Assembly: GCF_009914755.1 (NCBI RefSeq)
Contig: NC_060937.1
DNA: 64,000 nucleotides
DNA from: the human T2T-CHM13v2.0 reference genome, Homo sapiens
Direction: 5' to 3' (one strand)
Shown here: piece by piece, positions 34,610 to 48,770 of the stretch
How the letters are laid out: every line of letters begins with the position of its first letter
Numbering within the stretch: position 1 is the first letter of the stretch
The notes under the pieces: generated by a model
The model's input: only the letters and a program-made list of their open reading frames with translations
Database searches by the model: none
What the model was told of the DNA's origin: nothing
Made by a program: the position numbers and the translations under genes

Positions 34610-35350
34610 ATTAACAATAAAAATCACTAAAAATAGAATAACAAGTCCATACTGACATAAGCAATTGAATAATAAATAAACGGGAGAGAAGAGACAATCT
34701 CCTGTGCAGAAGAATTCCAAGTAATTAGCAGGTGGAACATAACTCCCCACTCCCTGAGTGTAAGTTATAGATCGTGACTTCTTTCCAGAGAGCAGCATGA
34801 AAAGAGGGGTAATGGAAACCTGACTGTGGAGAAACCTCACCAACACTACCTCACCCTAGTGATCAAGGTCAACATCAACAGTGATAAGTCACATTGACAG
34901 TATGTGATGAAAATGGCACTGCGCTTCTGCGATCTTCCTCAAAACTCGTAACCCCAGTCTAATAAAGAGAAAAACATCAGACAAGTTCAAATTGAGGAAC
35001 ACTTTTACAAAGCACTTAACCAACACTTCTGAACACTGTGAAGGTCATAAAAAACAAGGAACGTCTGAAAAACTGTCACAGCCAAAAGGAGCCTAAGGAG
35101 ACATGATGACTACATGTAACGTGGCATCCTGGAACAGAAAAGGCTCATTAGGTAAAAACCAAGACAATTTGAACAAAGTATGGACTCTAATTAATGATAA
35201 TGTAAAAATGTATCAGTATTAGTTCATTAATTGTAACATGTTAATATGTAACAGTTAATAAACTGGTTGTAGGATATATGGGAACCCTCTGCACCATCTT
35301 CGCAATTTTTCTGTAAATCTAGAATGGTTTTAAGAAATAAAACTTATTTT
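34610..35350 (+). mobile_element. L1MC/L1MD-type 3' end
   Basis: 'gatcaaggtcaacatcaacagtgataagtcac', end 'gcaatttttctgtaaatctagaa..aataaaa'. Confidence 0.85.
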
Positions 35351-37009
35351 AAAACTTGAGAATTAACTTCTCAGAACACTAATTTAGTTTTTAAAAGTCA
35401 AAAAATTCCAATGATGGAAAATAAAGGAATACATGAATATATTATGGAATAAATAAGTATATGGAGATTTGCTCCTGACAGGAATTTCTAAATAAGTTTA
35501 ATGTATATTTTATAATGAGAGGATGGGAATATCAAATTATATATTTTTAAGTTAATGGTACTGAGTTCATTTCACCAGAATTACACCATTATAAAGCTAC
35601 GATTGACAAAATCCACAAGAATGCATTAAGCAGAAAACACGGCCAAAAACTTTTCAGTAGTAAAACTAATTTAAAATGTAACAAGCACAAAGCAATTCCA
35701 ATTAAATAAATAATGAAATAGGATGTCAGTTTAGAAAAGAATGAATCTGAATTAATATTTCACAATGCACATGGTAATATATTTCAGGAGGTTAAAAAAG
35801 TAAACCTAAGAAAAGTCAAAAAATAACTAAACAGGAGAACATTTTTTTACTTTACCTTAGAAGAAAAATTTGAGTCCTGAAGAAAAAGACAATTTCAATA
35901 TTGAAAACTTTTATTTTTACATGAAAAATAAAAACTTTTTATGCAATCAATAAAACAAAAATTATAGGAATAAATGTAACAGACTAGGAGAAATCATTAC
36001 AAAGCTTGCTACCCAAAATATCCATATACAAAAATATAGGCATATGTAGAAAAATACATATGTCTATACACACGTATATAGAGATGAGTATAAAAGTTCA
36101 GTTGTGCATTGCCAAGGGAATAATTTCCAAGTAGGAATACAATAAATGAATCAAGACATAGCAAAATGCATAGCTCTGGTAGCAAAATTATTTGGTAAAC
36201 TATGCAAAAACAGGCACAAAGCTAAAAATATTTACTATTTGGCTTTTTACAGAAAAGGTTTGCCAACCCCTGGGCTAAAGAAGCAAGTTAATTCACTGAC
36301 CCACACAATTTTTAGTGAGGTTGAGATAGTCATTACAGACAATCCTTTTCAAAAAAGGAGGGAAATGCAAAGTACATAGAATCAGGTTACTAAAATACAG
36401 AGGGAAATGTTGGAAATCTGGAAATTCGTTAAGACTCAGTCCTATTTCCATCGGGAAATGATTCTCCATGGCTCTGGGATCCATCTTCCAGGTTCAGCCC
36501 TCTGAGACACTCTTTCTTTTTAATGAAAGGTAGCACTTGCTTTCTGCTAAGCAGTTTTCTCATCATGCTTCCTACTTGTAGAAGTTTGGGGGTCCAAAGG
36601 CATCTTTTCATTTTGTACTCTCTGACCCCTTTAATCCAAACTAGTAGTGATCCTTAAAATACATTCCTCTTAAAGCTTTGTGGGGGTCCTAGGAATCTCA
36701 CTGGGGTTCTTTGCATTAAACAAAAGCCACACGCACAAATCTTTTTCAGATAAGCCCTCCTCTACCTTGAGATTCTGCTGAAATGGCTGCAGGATAAGGA
36801 CCATCCCCTTAAGTTTCTTGGACGCGCTATTGTTTGATTGAATGGATTGGTCAGTCACACCATTAGTCTTTCTTTAGAGGCCCTTTTATGTGACTGAAAA
36901 GTACTCTGAGGCAGAAACTTAGATCTTTCTTAAATTTTAACAAAGGATTTTACAGCCACACTCTCAACTTTGTCCTTAGTTTTCCTGACAATGCCTTGGA
37001 TCTATCTGA

Positions 37010-37565
<556 letters not shown>

Positions 37566-38027
37566 CTTAGAAGAAGCCATTTCTTAATTTAGCATCATTT
37601 ACTGTTTGGAGAGGCTGACATGGTCAAAACTATCAAGTCTCAGCACCTTCAGGTTTATCAATCCTTTCTTTAGCATACTTGCTCCTGTCACTCTTTAGGC
37701 ACAAACCAGGTGGCACCTTCAAGTCTAGTTGGAAATCTTCTTAGCTACGGTACTCAGTTCATTATGTGCATTCTAGTTTCTACATTACTACAGGTGACAG
37801 TGTTGCATTATAAAGCTTATGCTACTATATTAGAAGGATCCCCTTTCCTCCAGTTTCTAAAAAGATTCTCCCATTTTCCTTTAAGCCCTTCCTGGCAACC
37901 TCACCAAAAAAACATGAGTCTACAGTTTCTCCAAGATACTTTAGATTTACACTGACAGTGTCTTCAATGTCCATTCACCTTTCATCCACTACGAAGTTCC
38001 AAAGCCATGCCCACTTAAAATATTTGT

Positions 38028-38330
38028 TGCTGGGCACCATGGCTCATATGGGATTGTTCCCAAAGCAATCCCAGCACTTTGGGAGGCCAAGCAGGAGGAT
38101 CACTTAAGCCTAGGAGTTTGAGACCACCCTGGGCAACACAGTAAGACCATATCTCTACAAGAAATAAAAGAATTAGCTGGGCGTGGTGGTGCACACTTGT
38201 AATCCCAGCTACTTGGGAGACTGATATGGGAAGACTGCTTTAGCCCAGGAGGTCAAGTCTGCAGTGAGCTGTGATAGCATCACTGCACTCCAGCCTGGGC
38301 AACAGAGCAAGACCCTAGCTCAAAAAAAAA
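38028..38330 (+). mobile_element. Alu (AluJ-like)
   Basis: Dimer with a short anomalous insertion near the 5' end. Confidence 0.92.
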
Positions 38331-38344
38331 TTGTTGACATCACT

Positions 38345-38702
38345 TATCTTACTTCATTTGAACTGCTATATCAGAATAACATAGATGGGTGGCTTATAAA
38401 CAATATAAATTTATTTCTCACAGTTCAGGAGGTTGGGAAGCCCAAGATGAAGGTGTCAGCAGATTCAGGGTCCAGTGAGGGCCCACTTCCTGGTTCACAG
38501 ATGGCCATCTTTTCGCTGTATCCTCACATAGTGGAAGGCGAAACAAGCTCTCTCAGGACTCTTACAAGGACACTAATCTTATTCATGACAGCTACACCCT
38601 AATGACTTGATCACCTCCTAAAGGCCCCATGTCCAAATACCATCTCATTAGGGATTAAGTTTCAACATAGGAATTTTGTGGGGACACAATCAGTCTACTG
38701 CA
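38345..38702 (-). mobile_element. MaLR LTR (MLT1A-like)
   Basis: 'tttatttctcacagttcaggaggttgggaagcccaagatgaaggtgtcagcag...ggggacacaatcagtc'. Confidence 0.88.
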
Positions 38703-38719
38703 TCAATCAACCTCTAGTG

Positions 38720-39190
38720 CCAGTATCAAATTAGTTGTCTACTGTGTAACAATTATCCAAAACTTGTAAGCTTAAAACACATAGCTTAAGATCTATTATT
38801 TCACATAGTTTCTGAGAGTCAGGAATCCAGGAGTAGTTAGCTCAATGGTTCTGACTCAAATGTCAGCCTCAGGCAGGAATGCAATCATCATGAAGTTTGA
38901 CTGGAGCTGGAAGGACTACTGGCTACTGGCTAGAGGCTTTGGTTCTTTGCTGTTTGGGCCTCTCCATAGGGATGCTCACTTGACTAGCTTCTCCCAGAGC
39001 AAGTGATCAGCAAAAGCGTGATAAAGATGGAAACTGCAATGTCTTTAATAATCTAATCTTAAAATTAACATTCTGCTGTTTTTTATTGGTCACACAGACC
39101 AGTCTTGGCACAGTATGGAAGAAGAATGAATCCACAGGGCGCAAATACCAGCAGGTGGTGGGGGCCATCTTGGAGGCTGGCTGCTGCAGT
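38720..39190 (-). mobile_element. MaLR LTR (MLT1E/F/G-like)
   Basis: 'tattatttcacatagtttctgagagtcaggaatccagg...ggggccatcttggaggctggctg'. Confidence 0.75.
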
Positions 39191-39789
39191 GGCTTGGCAA
39201 TTCCAGGCAGAGTCTCATTTACAACACCCAAATAAGGAAGGAAAGAAACAGGGAGGGAAAGGGGGAACTTCTTCACATAACTTCTCTTTTCTTAGGGGGA
39301 AAATATTGTTCAGGGAGCTCTCCAATAAACTTCTATATCTCTTTGGCCTGAAGAGAATAAAACAGTTACCCACTAAGTGCCAAGGAGCCTAGAAAAATAA
39401 GTATGTGGCATTTTTTGCCTCAATCATAAAAAGAAAGCAGGAAAGTAGGAGGTTGGTATGACTTTTGCATAGACAATCAACGGTCTACCACAAAAGTTAA
39501 GTAAAAAGCATAGCAAAGATAAACAAGTCAATGATTACAATCACATATTTTGAATATATATTTCTAAATTCCAGAAATTAAATGGTTTACTTCAAAGATG
39601 TCTGAAAATTTGTTTTTAAGTTGATATAAATGTAAACAAAAAATGCTAAATTAATATTCCTCACTATAATTATATAGCATTTTATAATATCCAGACTGTT
39701 CATATGTATTCTTTACAATAGCCTTGAAAGAAAACTAAAGCAAATATTATTATGTTAGCCCCACTTTACAGATAAGAAACATGAATCAA

Positions 39790-40028
39790 TGGTATGACCA
39801 TAGCTCACTGCAGCCTTCAACTCCCAGACTAGAGTGATGCTCCTGCTTCAACCTTCCTAGTAGCTGGCCCTACAGGCATGCCACCATACTGGCTAATTTT
39901 TAAAATTTTTTTAGAGATGAGGTCTTATTATGTTGCCCAAGCTGCTCTTGAATTCCTGACCTCAAGCGGTCCTCCTGCCTCAGCCTCTCAAATAGCTGAA
40001 ATTACAGGCATGAGTCACTGCACCCAGC
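39790..40028 (-). mobile_element. Alu (AluJ-like), truncated
   Basis: Antisense Alu. Confidence 0.88.
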
Positions 40029-41634
40029 AAAAAATTATCATTTTTGACAACACTAATACTACAGTAATTTGCTTAACCCTCTATCACTGACATTAGGTTA
40101 TTTCCCATTTGTCACTCTCATAGTCAATCCTATCAAAATATTTTCATGCATTATTTTTCCCTCCTTACTTAGTTTATTTTATTAGGAAAAAATACCACAA
40201 ATTGGCTGACTGGGTCAAAACATACATACATTTTTTAGAACCTTGCTATATGCTGATTTCTAAAAGCAATTTAATATAGTTTAGTTAACTAAAGATGCTA
40301 CCAGCATGAGTATACCATGAGGTTCACCAAAACCTCACCATCCCCAAGTACCTCGTTGAATTCTTGCTTATTTAGAATGAAATAAAATGTTCTCTTATAG
40401 TTTTAATTTGCATTTATTTGATTACTTGTGGGATTGAACACTCCTTTTTGTGTTTTTCACTTTGTTCTTATGAGAACTATAAATTCATATCTGTATTTCA
40501 TTTACTATAGTCTTGAGATTTTTCTTATAAAATTTAATAAGTTATTTCTCATAAACATGCTTTGTTATTTGGTTCAAATATTTCTTCTAATGTTACCTTT
40601 TTTATTTTGGTTTAACCAACATTCATTTGTACAAAAAAAGTTATATAATAATTCTATTCTATAAAATGCTCTTCAGTGTTTTGTTTTGTTTTTTCACTCC
40701 AAAATGGAAAAGTTACTAGCTGTCCAAAAAGTTGATAAACATGCTACCAGCTATAATACTTATTCTCCTTTTAATCAGCCTGGGGTTTATTTTGATCTAT
40801 GATATTCAATTTAAATTTAGTTGCACAATTCAAAAATTGCACTTAACTAAAGATGCCCTTTTGCATGCTGCTAACTGCTATAGATAGTTGGGCGGATTAA
40901 GATAACCCAAATAATGTGGAACTACTATAAATAATATAAATGCTGTGAATTTAACTATAAAATTTGCCATAGGAAATCAGTAAGGCATACGTAAACATTA
41001 CCTAAAAGAGACAAAACAGCTCCCAGACCCACACAAGGTGGCTATAACCTAATTGAAAGTGCTCTAACATTATCTATTTTAGAAGACAAATGGGTCATTC
41101 AGAAGGGGCACTGGTCAGCCACTGGCGTATAGGGCAGGGAAAAAAGTTACTGGGTTTTTCTCCTTTTTCAATTAATTCTTCCTACTAACTATACATTTCT
41201 TTTTTCACCAATCATTTTCAAGAGTTTTTTAGCTTCCTGTGCTTGTTATGTGGTACTCCCACTCTCCTTTATTTAGGAAGTTAATGATTTTAGTTATTTC
41301 TTATTTTATCCTAGAGACTAAACTTTTTCTCAAGTACACTCTAGGTGAGTTGTCTGGTCTCAGGGTCTGGATGTTTCTGATCTGGAGGTGAGACTGGTAT
41401 CGACATGGCTGCCTAAGGCTATCTTTGCTGATGTTATCAAATCTTTGAAGCCTAATTCGTAATTCCTGTTAATACCGCAAGTGTCATACCTGTTCTCTTC
41501 CTATTTTCATAGAATTGCACTGAAAGGCTTAATAGTCATATAATCCAAATAGAAACTCAATCTGCAAGCCTTTCACATGAATTATTATCAAGACATGTTC
41601 CTCTATTCACTGTTTCTATTTTCTGGCTTTGTTT

Positions 41635-42012
41635 CTTTAAAAAGTGTTCTGTTAAGAAATAATTAACAATAAGCTGCACATATTTAAAGCGTACAACTCA
41701 AAAAGTTTGGACATATGTGTATTTACCTGTGAAACCATCATCACATCAAGATAGTGAACCTCCTAAATCTTTCCTGTCCCTTTGAATTCCTTTCCTCCCT
41801 TTCCTTGTTGTCTCCTCTGCATTTGATATGCTTCCATTGCAATACAGCACTTATATTTTTCAGAACTTTTAATAAGTGTAATATATTCTTTTTTGTCTGG
41901 CTTCTTTCACATAGCGTAATTGTTCTGGGGTTCATCCACTTTGTCACAAATATTGCTGAGGAGTATTCCATTGTATAGATATACCACAATTTTGTTATTC
42001 AATTACCTGTTA
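41635..42012 (-). mobile_element. L1 3' end (L1M)
   Basis: Antisense ORF 'MWYIYTMEYSSAI..KWMN' (41741-41989) is the L1 ORF2 C-terminus. Confidence 0.85.
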
Positions 42013-42680
<668 letters not shown>

Positions 42681-42814
42681 TATTTCTTGCCAATTCTTTT
42701 TTTAATGTACCTGGTCACTTTATAGCCCCTTACTCTTTATTTATTTTATAATCCCTATTTTATTTATTGAACATATTAAACTATGTACATATATACATAT
42801 TTAGACATACATAC

Positions 42815-43073
42815 AAGCTCTTGATCTGTTGCCCAGGCTGGAGTGCAGTGGTGTGACCATGGCTCACTGCAGCCTTGACCCCCAGGCTCCAGCAATCCTC
42901 CCACCTCAGCCTCCTGAGGTACGCACCACCATACCCAGCTAATTCTATTTATTGTAGAGACAGGGTTTCACTATATTGCCCAGGCTGGTCTTGAACTCCC
43001 GGGCTCAAGCGATCCTCTTGCCTCAGTCTCCCAAAGTGCTGAGATTATAAGTGTGAGCTACTGCAACTGGCCA
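42815..43073 (-). mobile_element. Alu (AluJ-like)
   Basis: Antisense dimer. Confidence 0.92.
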
Positions 43074-43954
43074 TAAACATATTTATTTCACGTAATGTAT
43101 ATTTCTAATAATCGAAATCTCTATAGATCTCTTTCAGTTGTTTGCTGTTTCTGCTGACTCTTGCTCTTGGTGTTTTGATGTTTTCTCCCTTGTTACATTT
43201 TGTAATTTTAAAAAATGTGTATGAGCTTATTTGTTAGAATTTTAACTACAATTATTTGATGAATGCATTGATCGTACATTCCTCCATGGAGGATTTTTTT
43301 ATTGTTCTTACAAGGTACCTGAGAGTATTACAGACTGAGGTCCAATTTAAATTAAAATCCTCCACTTGTGGAGTTTTAGAAACTATAAAAATTGTGTAAA
43401 TTAAGGCCCCAAATTCAAGTGAATGTGAGCTGATAACCAAGAATTATTAGGGAAGATTTTAAGTCTACCCAGAACTGAATATCTTTGCAAGATGGTCTCT
43501 GACCAGGCTTCTTACCTTTATATGGGACCCAGGGATCTTTTTCTCTAGTCCTCATCCTGCTCCTTACACAAAGCTTCAATGCCAACAGAAATCCATGGAT
43601 GCCCCCAAAGTATTCAATGACTTCAGCACCTGCTTATCTCACAGGATATATTATACTTGTTTTGTTTCTAGCCCCAGAAAGTTTCCCTTATTTTCTTAAT
43701 GGGCTCATCCATTCATGTTAAAGGATATTTTTTATACTGAATCTAGTACTTTACATGTTTGGTGGAGGGAGGAATTCAGGCTCTCTAGTCTATCATATTG
43801 CTACAAATCAGTCTACTATTTCTGCAACTGCTTTATAACATTTAAATACAATATTATATTTATTCCTGATACATTTTATTTTGGTATGTTGAGTATAGTC
43901 TACACGTCTGTCGAGAGCACTTAAAATCTTGATTGAGTCATCATACTAGCTTAC

Positions 43955-44030
43955 CTTAGAAGTTGTATATCATTTGCAAATTTGTTTGAACCTTCTTAGC
44001 TTTCACCAAAGTCACTGATCACCACAGCTT
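43955..44030 (-). other. CAB39L: CAB39L 5'UTR exon (76 nt)
   Basis: Acceptor gcttttctttttgtcag|AAGCTG; donor AAG|GTAAGC. Confidence 0.85.
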
Positions 44031-44845
44031 CTGACAAAAAGAAAAGCTTTAAAATTAATTTTTAAAGTCTTTATAGTAAATCCAACATATTTTCTTATTG
44101 CTTTCAGGTATACAGAATTACAAATTAAATTTCCATCATAATCAAATACTAATACATCAAATTAAAACAGGTAAATTTTCATATCCCAATAACTCAAGTG
44201 GCAGACCTTTCAAACAGTAGTATTGAACTGAATGAAAAATATATTTATCATCAAGGGAAACCAGTGGAAACATAAAGCGTTAGTTTGGGTAAAGGGCGCT
44301 CTAGTACCTCTGAAATCTCCAACAGCCCCCATCTTCAAAAGGAAGAAACACAATTTATTTAAACTAGTATCTTAAAGGTCAGTGTTTACAAAAAGGCTGT
44401 GGGAAGGCTTTCCTGACTGAAGGATGCTTTCTTCCCCTTAGATGTTCAGTAAAATTTTAGCTCTTTCATATTTCTATTGTTTCCTAGCACAAAACATAGA
44501 AGAGCACTGAAGGGTCATAAAGGGAAGCTTTGAAGGGTTTCTTGCTTTTAACAACATCATGAAAACCCATGCCTGCTAGATTTTTTCTTTTCTACTCCAC
44601 CACTTTTAGTTCACACCTTTACTAATTTCAGTCACCAGCGACAATTTCTGTAAAATCTATCTCCATCACAAGAGTGTGTATGCGTGTGCTTGTTTCCCCA
44701 TCAGAAATAAGAGAAAACTTACGCTTCTCTCCTTTAGTGCATTGCTCTTGCATGAAGAATGAACAAACCACTGATTTGGGGTTCGCATCTTTACGTTCTG
44801 AGCAGCAACTTAGAACACTTTGCTCCTGATATTCTTTCTTCTCAA
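44005..44845 (-). pseudogene. Decayed processed copy of ZC3H15 (DFRP1) coding region
   Basis: Minus-strand translation gives, in order, KKEYQE / VAAQ / KDANPKSVVCSFFMQEQCTKGEKRKFSL / KLVKV*TKSGGVEKKK / FVL / KIL-EHLRGRKH / KINFKA..AVVISD. These are colinear with recalled ZC3H15 KKELQE / VAAQ / [28 protein letters not shown] / [17 protein letters not shown] / GFVL / [12 protein letters not shown] / KADFKAGKALVISG. Stops and frameshifts present; no parental-size introns in the core. Confidence 0.8.
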
Positions 44846-44860
44846 TATTTGATGGATATC
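44723..44860 (-). other. CAB39L: CAB39L 5'UTR exon (138 nt)
   Basis: Acceptor tttttcctacattattgcag|GATATC; donor AGC|GTAAGT. Confidence 0.85.
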
Positions 44861-44861
44861 C

Positions 44862-45095
44862 TGCAATAATGTAGGAAAAACAGCACAGGCTTTGGAGTCA
44901 CATCAATCTGGTTTTAAATCTCAATCTTCTACTTAGTAACTGGCTAATCTGAAGCAAATTTTTAATCTCTCTGAACCTAGTGGGAAAATAAGATGGGTCT
45001 CAATGTACAGCTGCAAGAAACAAATGATATAGCATATATATATAGTGTCAGCAAAGTGTCTACCATATAACACAAACTCTATTATGTTAGCTTTC
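44862..45095 (+). mobile_element. MIR
   Basis: 'cagcacaggctttggagtcaca..ggttttaaatctc..ctacttagtaactg..ttaatctctctgaacct'. Confidence 0.8.
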
Positions 45096-45213
45096 CTGTG
45101 TAATTTTATGCTTCATTTTCACTTTACTCAGTCAAACGAATTTCCACACTAAATTTTCTTACGTTATAGCCTTGATAAATTTTATGGTTTTGTCCAACAA
45201 CTATCAACATTTT

Positions 45214-45362
45214 AGGCCAGGTGTACTGGCTCATCACTGTAATACCAGCACTTTGGGAGGCCGAGGCAGGAGGATTAGGCCTGGGAGTTTGGGACCAGCC
45301 TGAGCAATATGGTGACACCTTGTCTCTACAAAAATAAAATTAAAAAAAATAAAAAATAAAAA
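45214..45362 (+). mobile_element. FLAM
   Basis: Monomer plus A tail. Confidence 0.88.
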
Positions 45363-46068
45363 CATTTTGCAACACTTAATGCCTTCAAAATAGCAGCACA
45401 TCAATACTACTACTACTACTGAATATATCCCACCAAGAAAGTACATTTCAAAATCTATGTTCTAGAGCCACTAGAATTTGTTCCTTTTTGTGTGTGGTTA
45501 TGTCACCAAAATGCGATATAGATGTGTAAACTTGTTTCATTTCCTTTTCAGATTTTTCTTTCATTCTACTTTTTTATTTAATCCCACTTTTGAATATGTA
45601 GACATACATGATGATTTAGGGTTAAAACTATAGAAACAACTTCCATTTAGAGAAATCTCTCTTCTGTTGTTGGCACCTTTACCCTGCTCCTTCCTTCTGC
45701 GGATACATTGCATACTTTTCCATGCCTTTGTTTTTTCCACTTCCTATTGTATTCTACAGATCATTCTCTATTGGTATATAGAGACTTTCTCCCTTCTTTT
45801 TTATGACCTCTATGGAAAGACGGTGACTTGGAAGGGGCACAATCTACCTGCAGACTGTTGTACTGTCTGGATGCACCTTAGTTTATGCAATCAGTTCTCT
45901 ATTAATGGGCATTTTAGTTATTTCCAATCTTTTGCAAATGCAAGTAATATGCTGCTATGACTAACCTCCCTTTGACTATTCCCTCCCATGCAGTTTATGC
46001 TTATGTATCCTTACCAGCAATGTATCAAAGTGCCTATTTCCCCACAGTCTACAGGGCCTATTGTATAA

Positions 46069-46567
<499 letters not shown>

Positions 46568-47189
46568 TGATATAAGTCCAAATATTTTTCCCCGCTTTGT
46601 CGCTTGCCTTTTGACTTTGCTCGTGGCATTTTTCACTATTTAAATACTTTTTTATTAATATAGTAGGATTTATCATGGTTTTTCTTTAAGAATGAGTCAC
46701 AGTTATAAAATCTTTGGCTTATACTTTCGTAGACTTTAAACATGTTGTTCCATGGCTGTTTTGCTTTGTATGTTGCTGTTTAGAAGTCTGTTGCTAACCT
46801 CTCCTTTCTGTCTGGAAGCCCAGAGGAATTTTTCTTCATCATTTTGAAAGTCCAACTGTTTTACTAGGACATGACTTGGAACTGACCATTCTGGATCAAT
46901 TTTCCCAGTACACAATGAGCCTTTTCAACATGTAGATTGGAGTCATCTCTTATTTCCAGAATGTTTTCATGGATTGAAACTTAACTATTAGCTTTGCTAT
47001 TGTTTTTTTCTTCTTAGGAACTCTACTTTTACTTATTTTCTATATCAATCACTTTCTATTACTTTTTAACCTTTCTTCATTTAATTTTCATTATCTTGGT
47101 TGTTTTCATACCTTTTCTCAATGCTCCTTATATTCAGTCCAATCTTTTCTTATGTACCTTGGAATTTAGCTTCATTTCTTTCTTTATGA

Positions 47190-47313
47190 CTTTTTTTTTT
47201 TTTTTTTTTTTTTGAGACAGGAGTCTCTCTATATTGCCCAGGCTGGCCTCAAACTCCTGGGCTCAAGCCTCTCAAATAGCTGGAACTACAGGCATGCACC
47301 ACTGCATCTGGCT
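47190..47313 (-). mobile_element. Alu monomer (FLAM-like)
   Basis: Poly-T plus monomer. Confidence 0.85.
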
Positions 47314-47563
47314 TTAACTTCATTTTAAAAGCTGATTTTTCTTTTGATTTATTTTATTTCCTGAGTTCAGTAAATTCACTTTTCATATCTTCCTCTTTTT
47401 GTCCATTTGTTTTGCAGTTTTGAATTTGGATTTGAGACTTTTTATCTCTACAAATGTTAGTTTAAGGATATTTTAAATTCTGGTAGGAGTACTGTGCTGT
47501 AGTTTTCTTTAGTGCTATAGTTGGATGTTTCGGGAAGACTTTTCATCAGCTAAAATTTTTTAA

Positions 47564-47707
<144 letters not shown>

Positions 47708-48464
47708 TGAAATGTTTTGACTATCATTTTGTTTTCCAGCTAAAGTAACTTTATATGGATGTTGCCTGCCATCTTCTGTTCATCTTGAAATATTTTATTT
47801 TTCCTAAACCAGATATAGTTGTGTATAGGCAGAAGCAAGGAATTTAGATGACTTAACTGGATTTCTTAGTAAATAGTACCTAATAAAGTGTTTTTTTGTT
47901 TGTTTGTTTTTAATTAATGACTCCTTTTTGGGTGGGAGAAATGAGTATCTATTTTCTATTCTGGTTCACCAAGATCCTTAATTTCTACTACCCCTTCTCT
48001 CTATCACCAAGCCTCCAGGTAGATGGTGACCCTTCCAAGGCACCCTCTTTCCTTTCCCCAGAAGCAGTACTTTCATGAGACTGCGTCTTTGGTCTCATTT
48101 TCTTTCAAGTCTCTTATTTTGTCTAATGGATCTTACACCTCTTCTCACTTCTCTATCCAGGGTGGGGCTTTCTCTTTCTGGGAATTATCTGTATTCTGCT
48201 ACCCCTAGGTCCTGCAACCTCTCCTCTTTTTTTACAGTCTCCACCTTGCTTGCCACTTCTCCATGGATTCTGCTAGACTGCAGTGTTGATTTCCCTGCAT
48301 GCCCATAGACATTTTGCTAGCTATTAATGTATGCTTACATATCAATAAATTTGTATGGGTTTTCTCTTGTTAACCTACTGTTAGTTTAGTTCAGCCAACT
48401 CAGTTATCAAACCTTCAGAAGCGAAATTTAAGCTTCCCTGCAAATTGCTGGTTATTATTTAATA

Positions 48465-48770
48465 TTATTTTGACACAGGGTCTCACTCTGTTGCCCAGGC
48501 TGGAGTGCAGTGGCGCAATCACAGCTCACTGTAGCCTTGACCTCCTGCGTTCAAGAGATCCTCCGACCTCTCTCAGCTTCCTAAGTACCTGGGACTACAG
48601 GTGTGTGCCACTACGCCCAGTTAATTTTTTTATTTTTTATTTTTTTTAAGAGACAAGCTTTCGCCATGTTGCCCAGGATGGCTGGTCTCAAACTTCTGGG
48701 CTCAAGCAATCTTCCTGCCTCAGCCCCGCAAAGTGCTGGGATTACAGGCATTAGCCACCGTGTCCAGCTG
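48465..48770 (-). mobile_element. Alu (AluJ-like)
   Basis: Antisense dimer; TSD-like 'ggttattattt'/'ggtattattt'. Confidence 0.92.
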
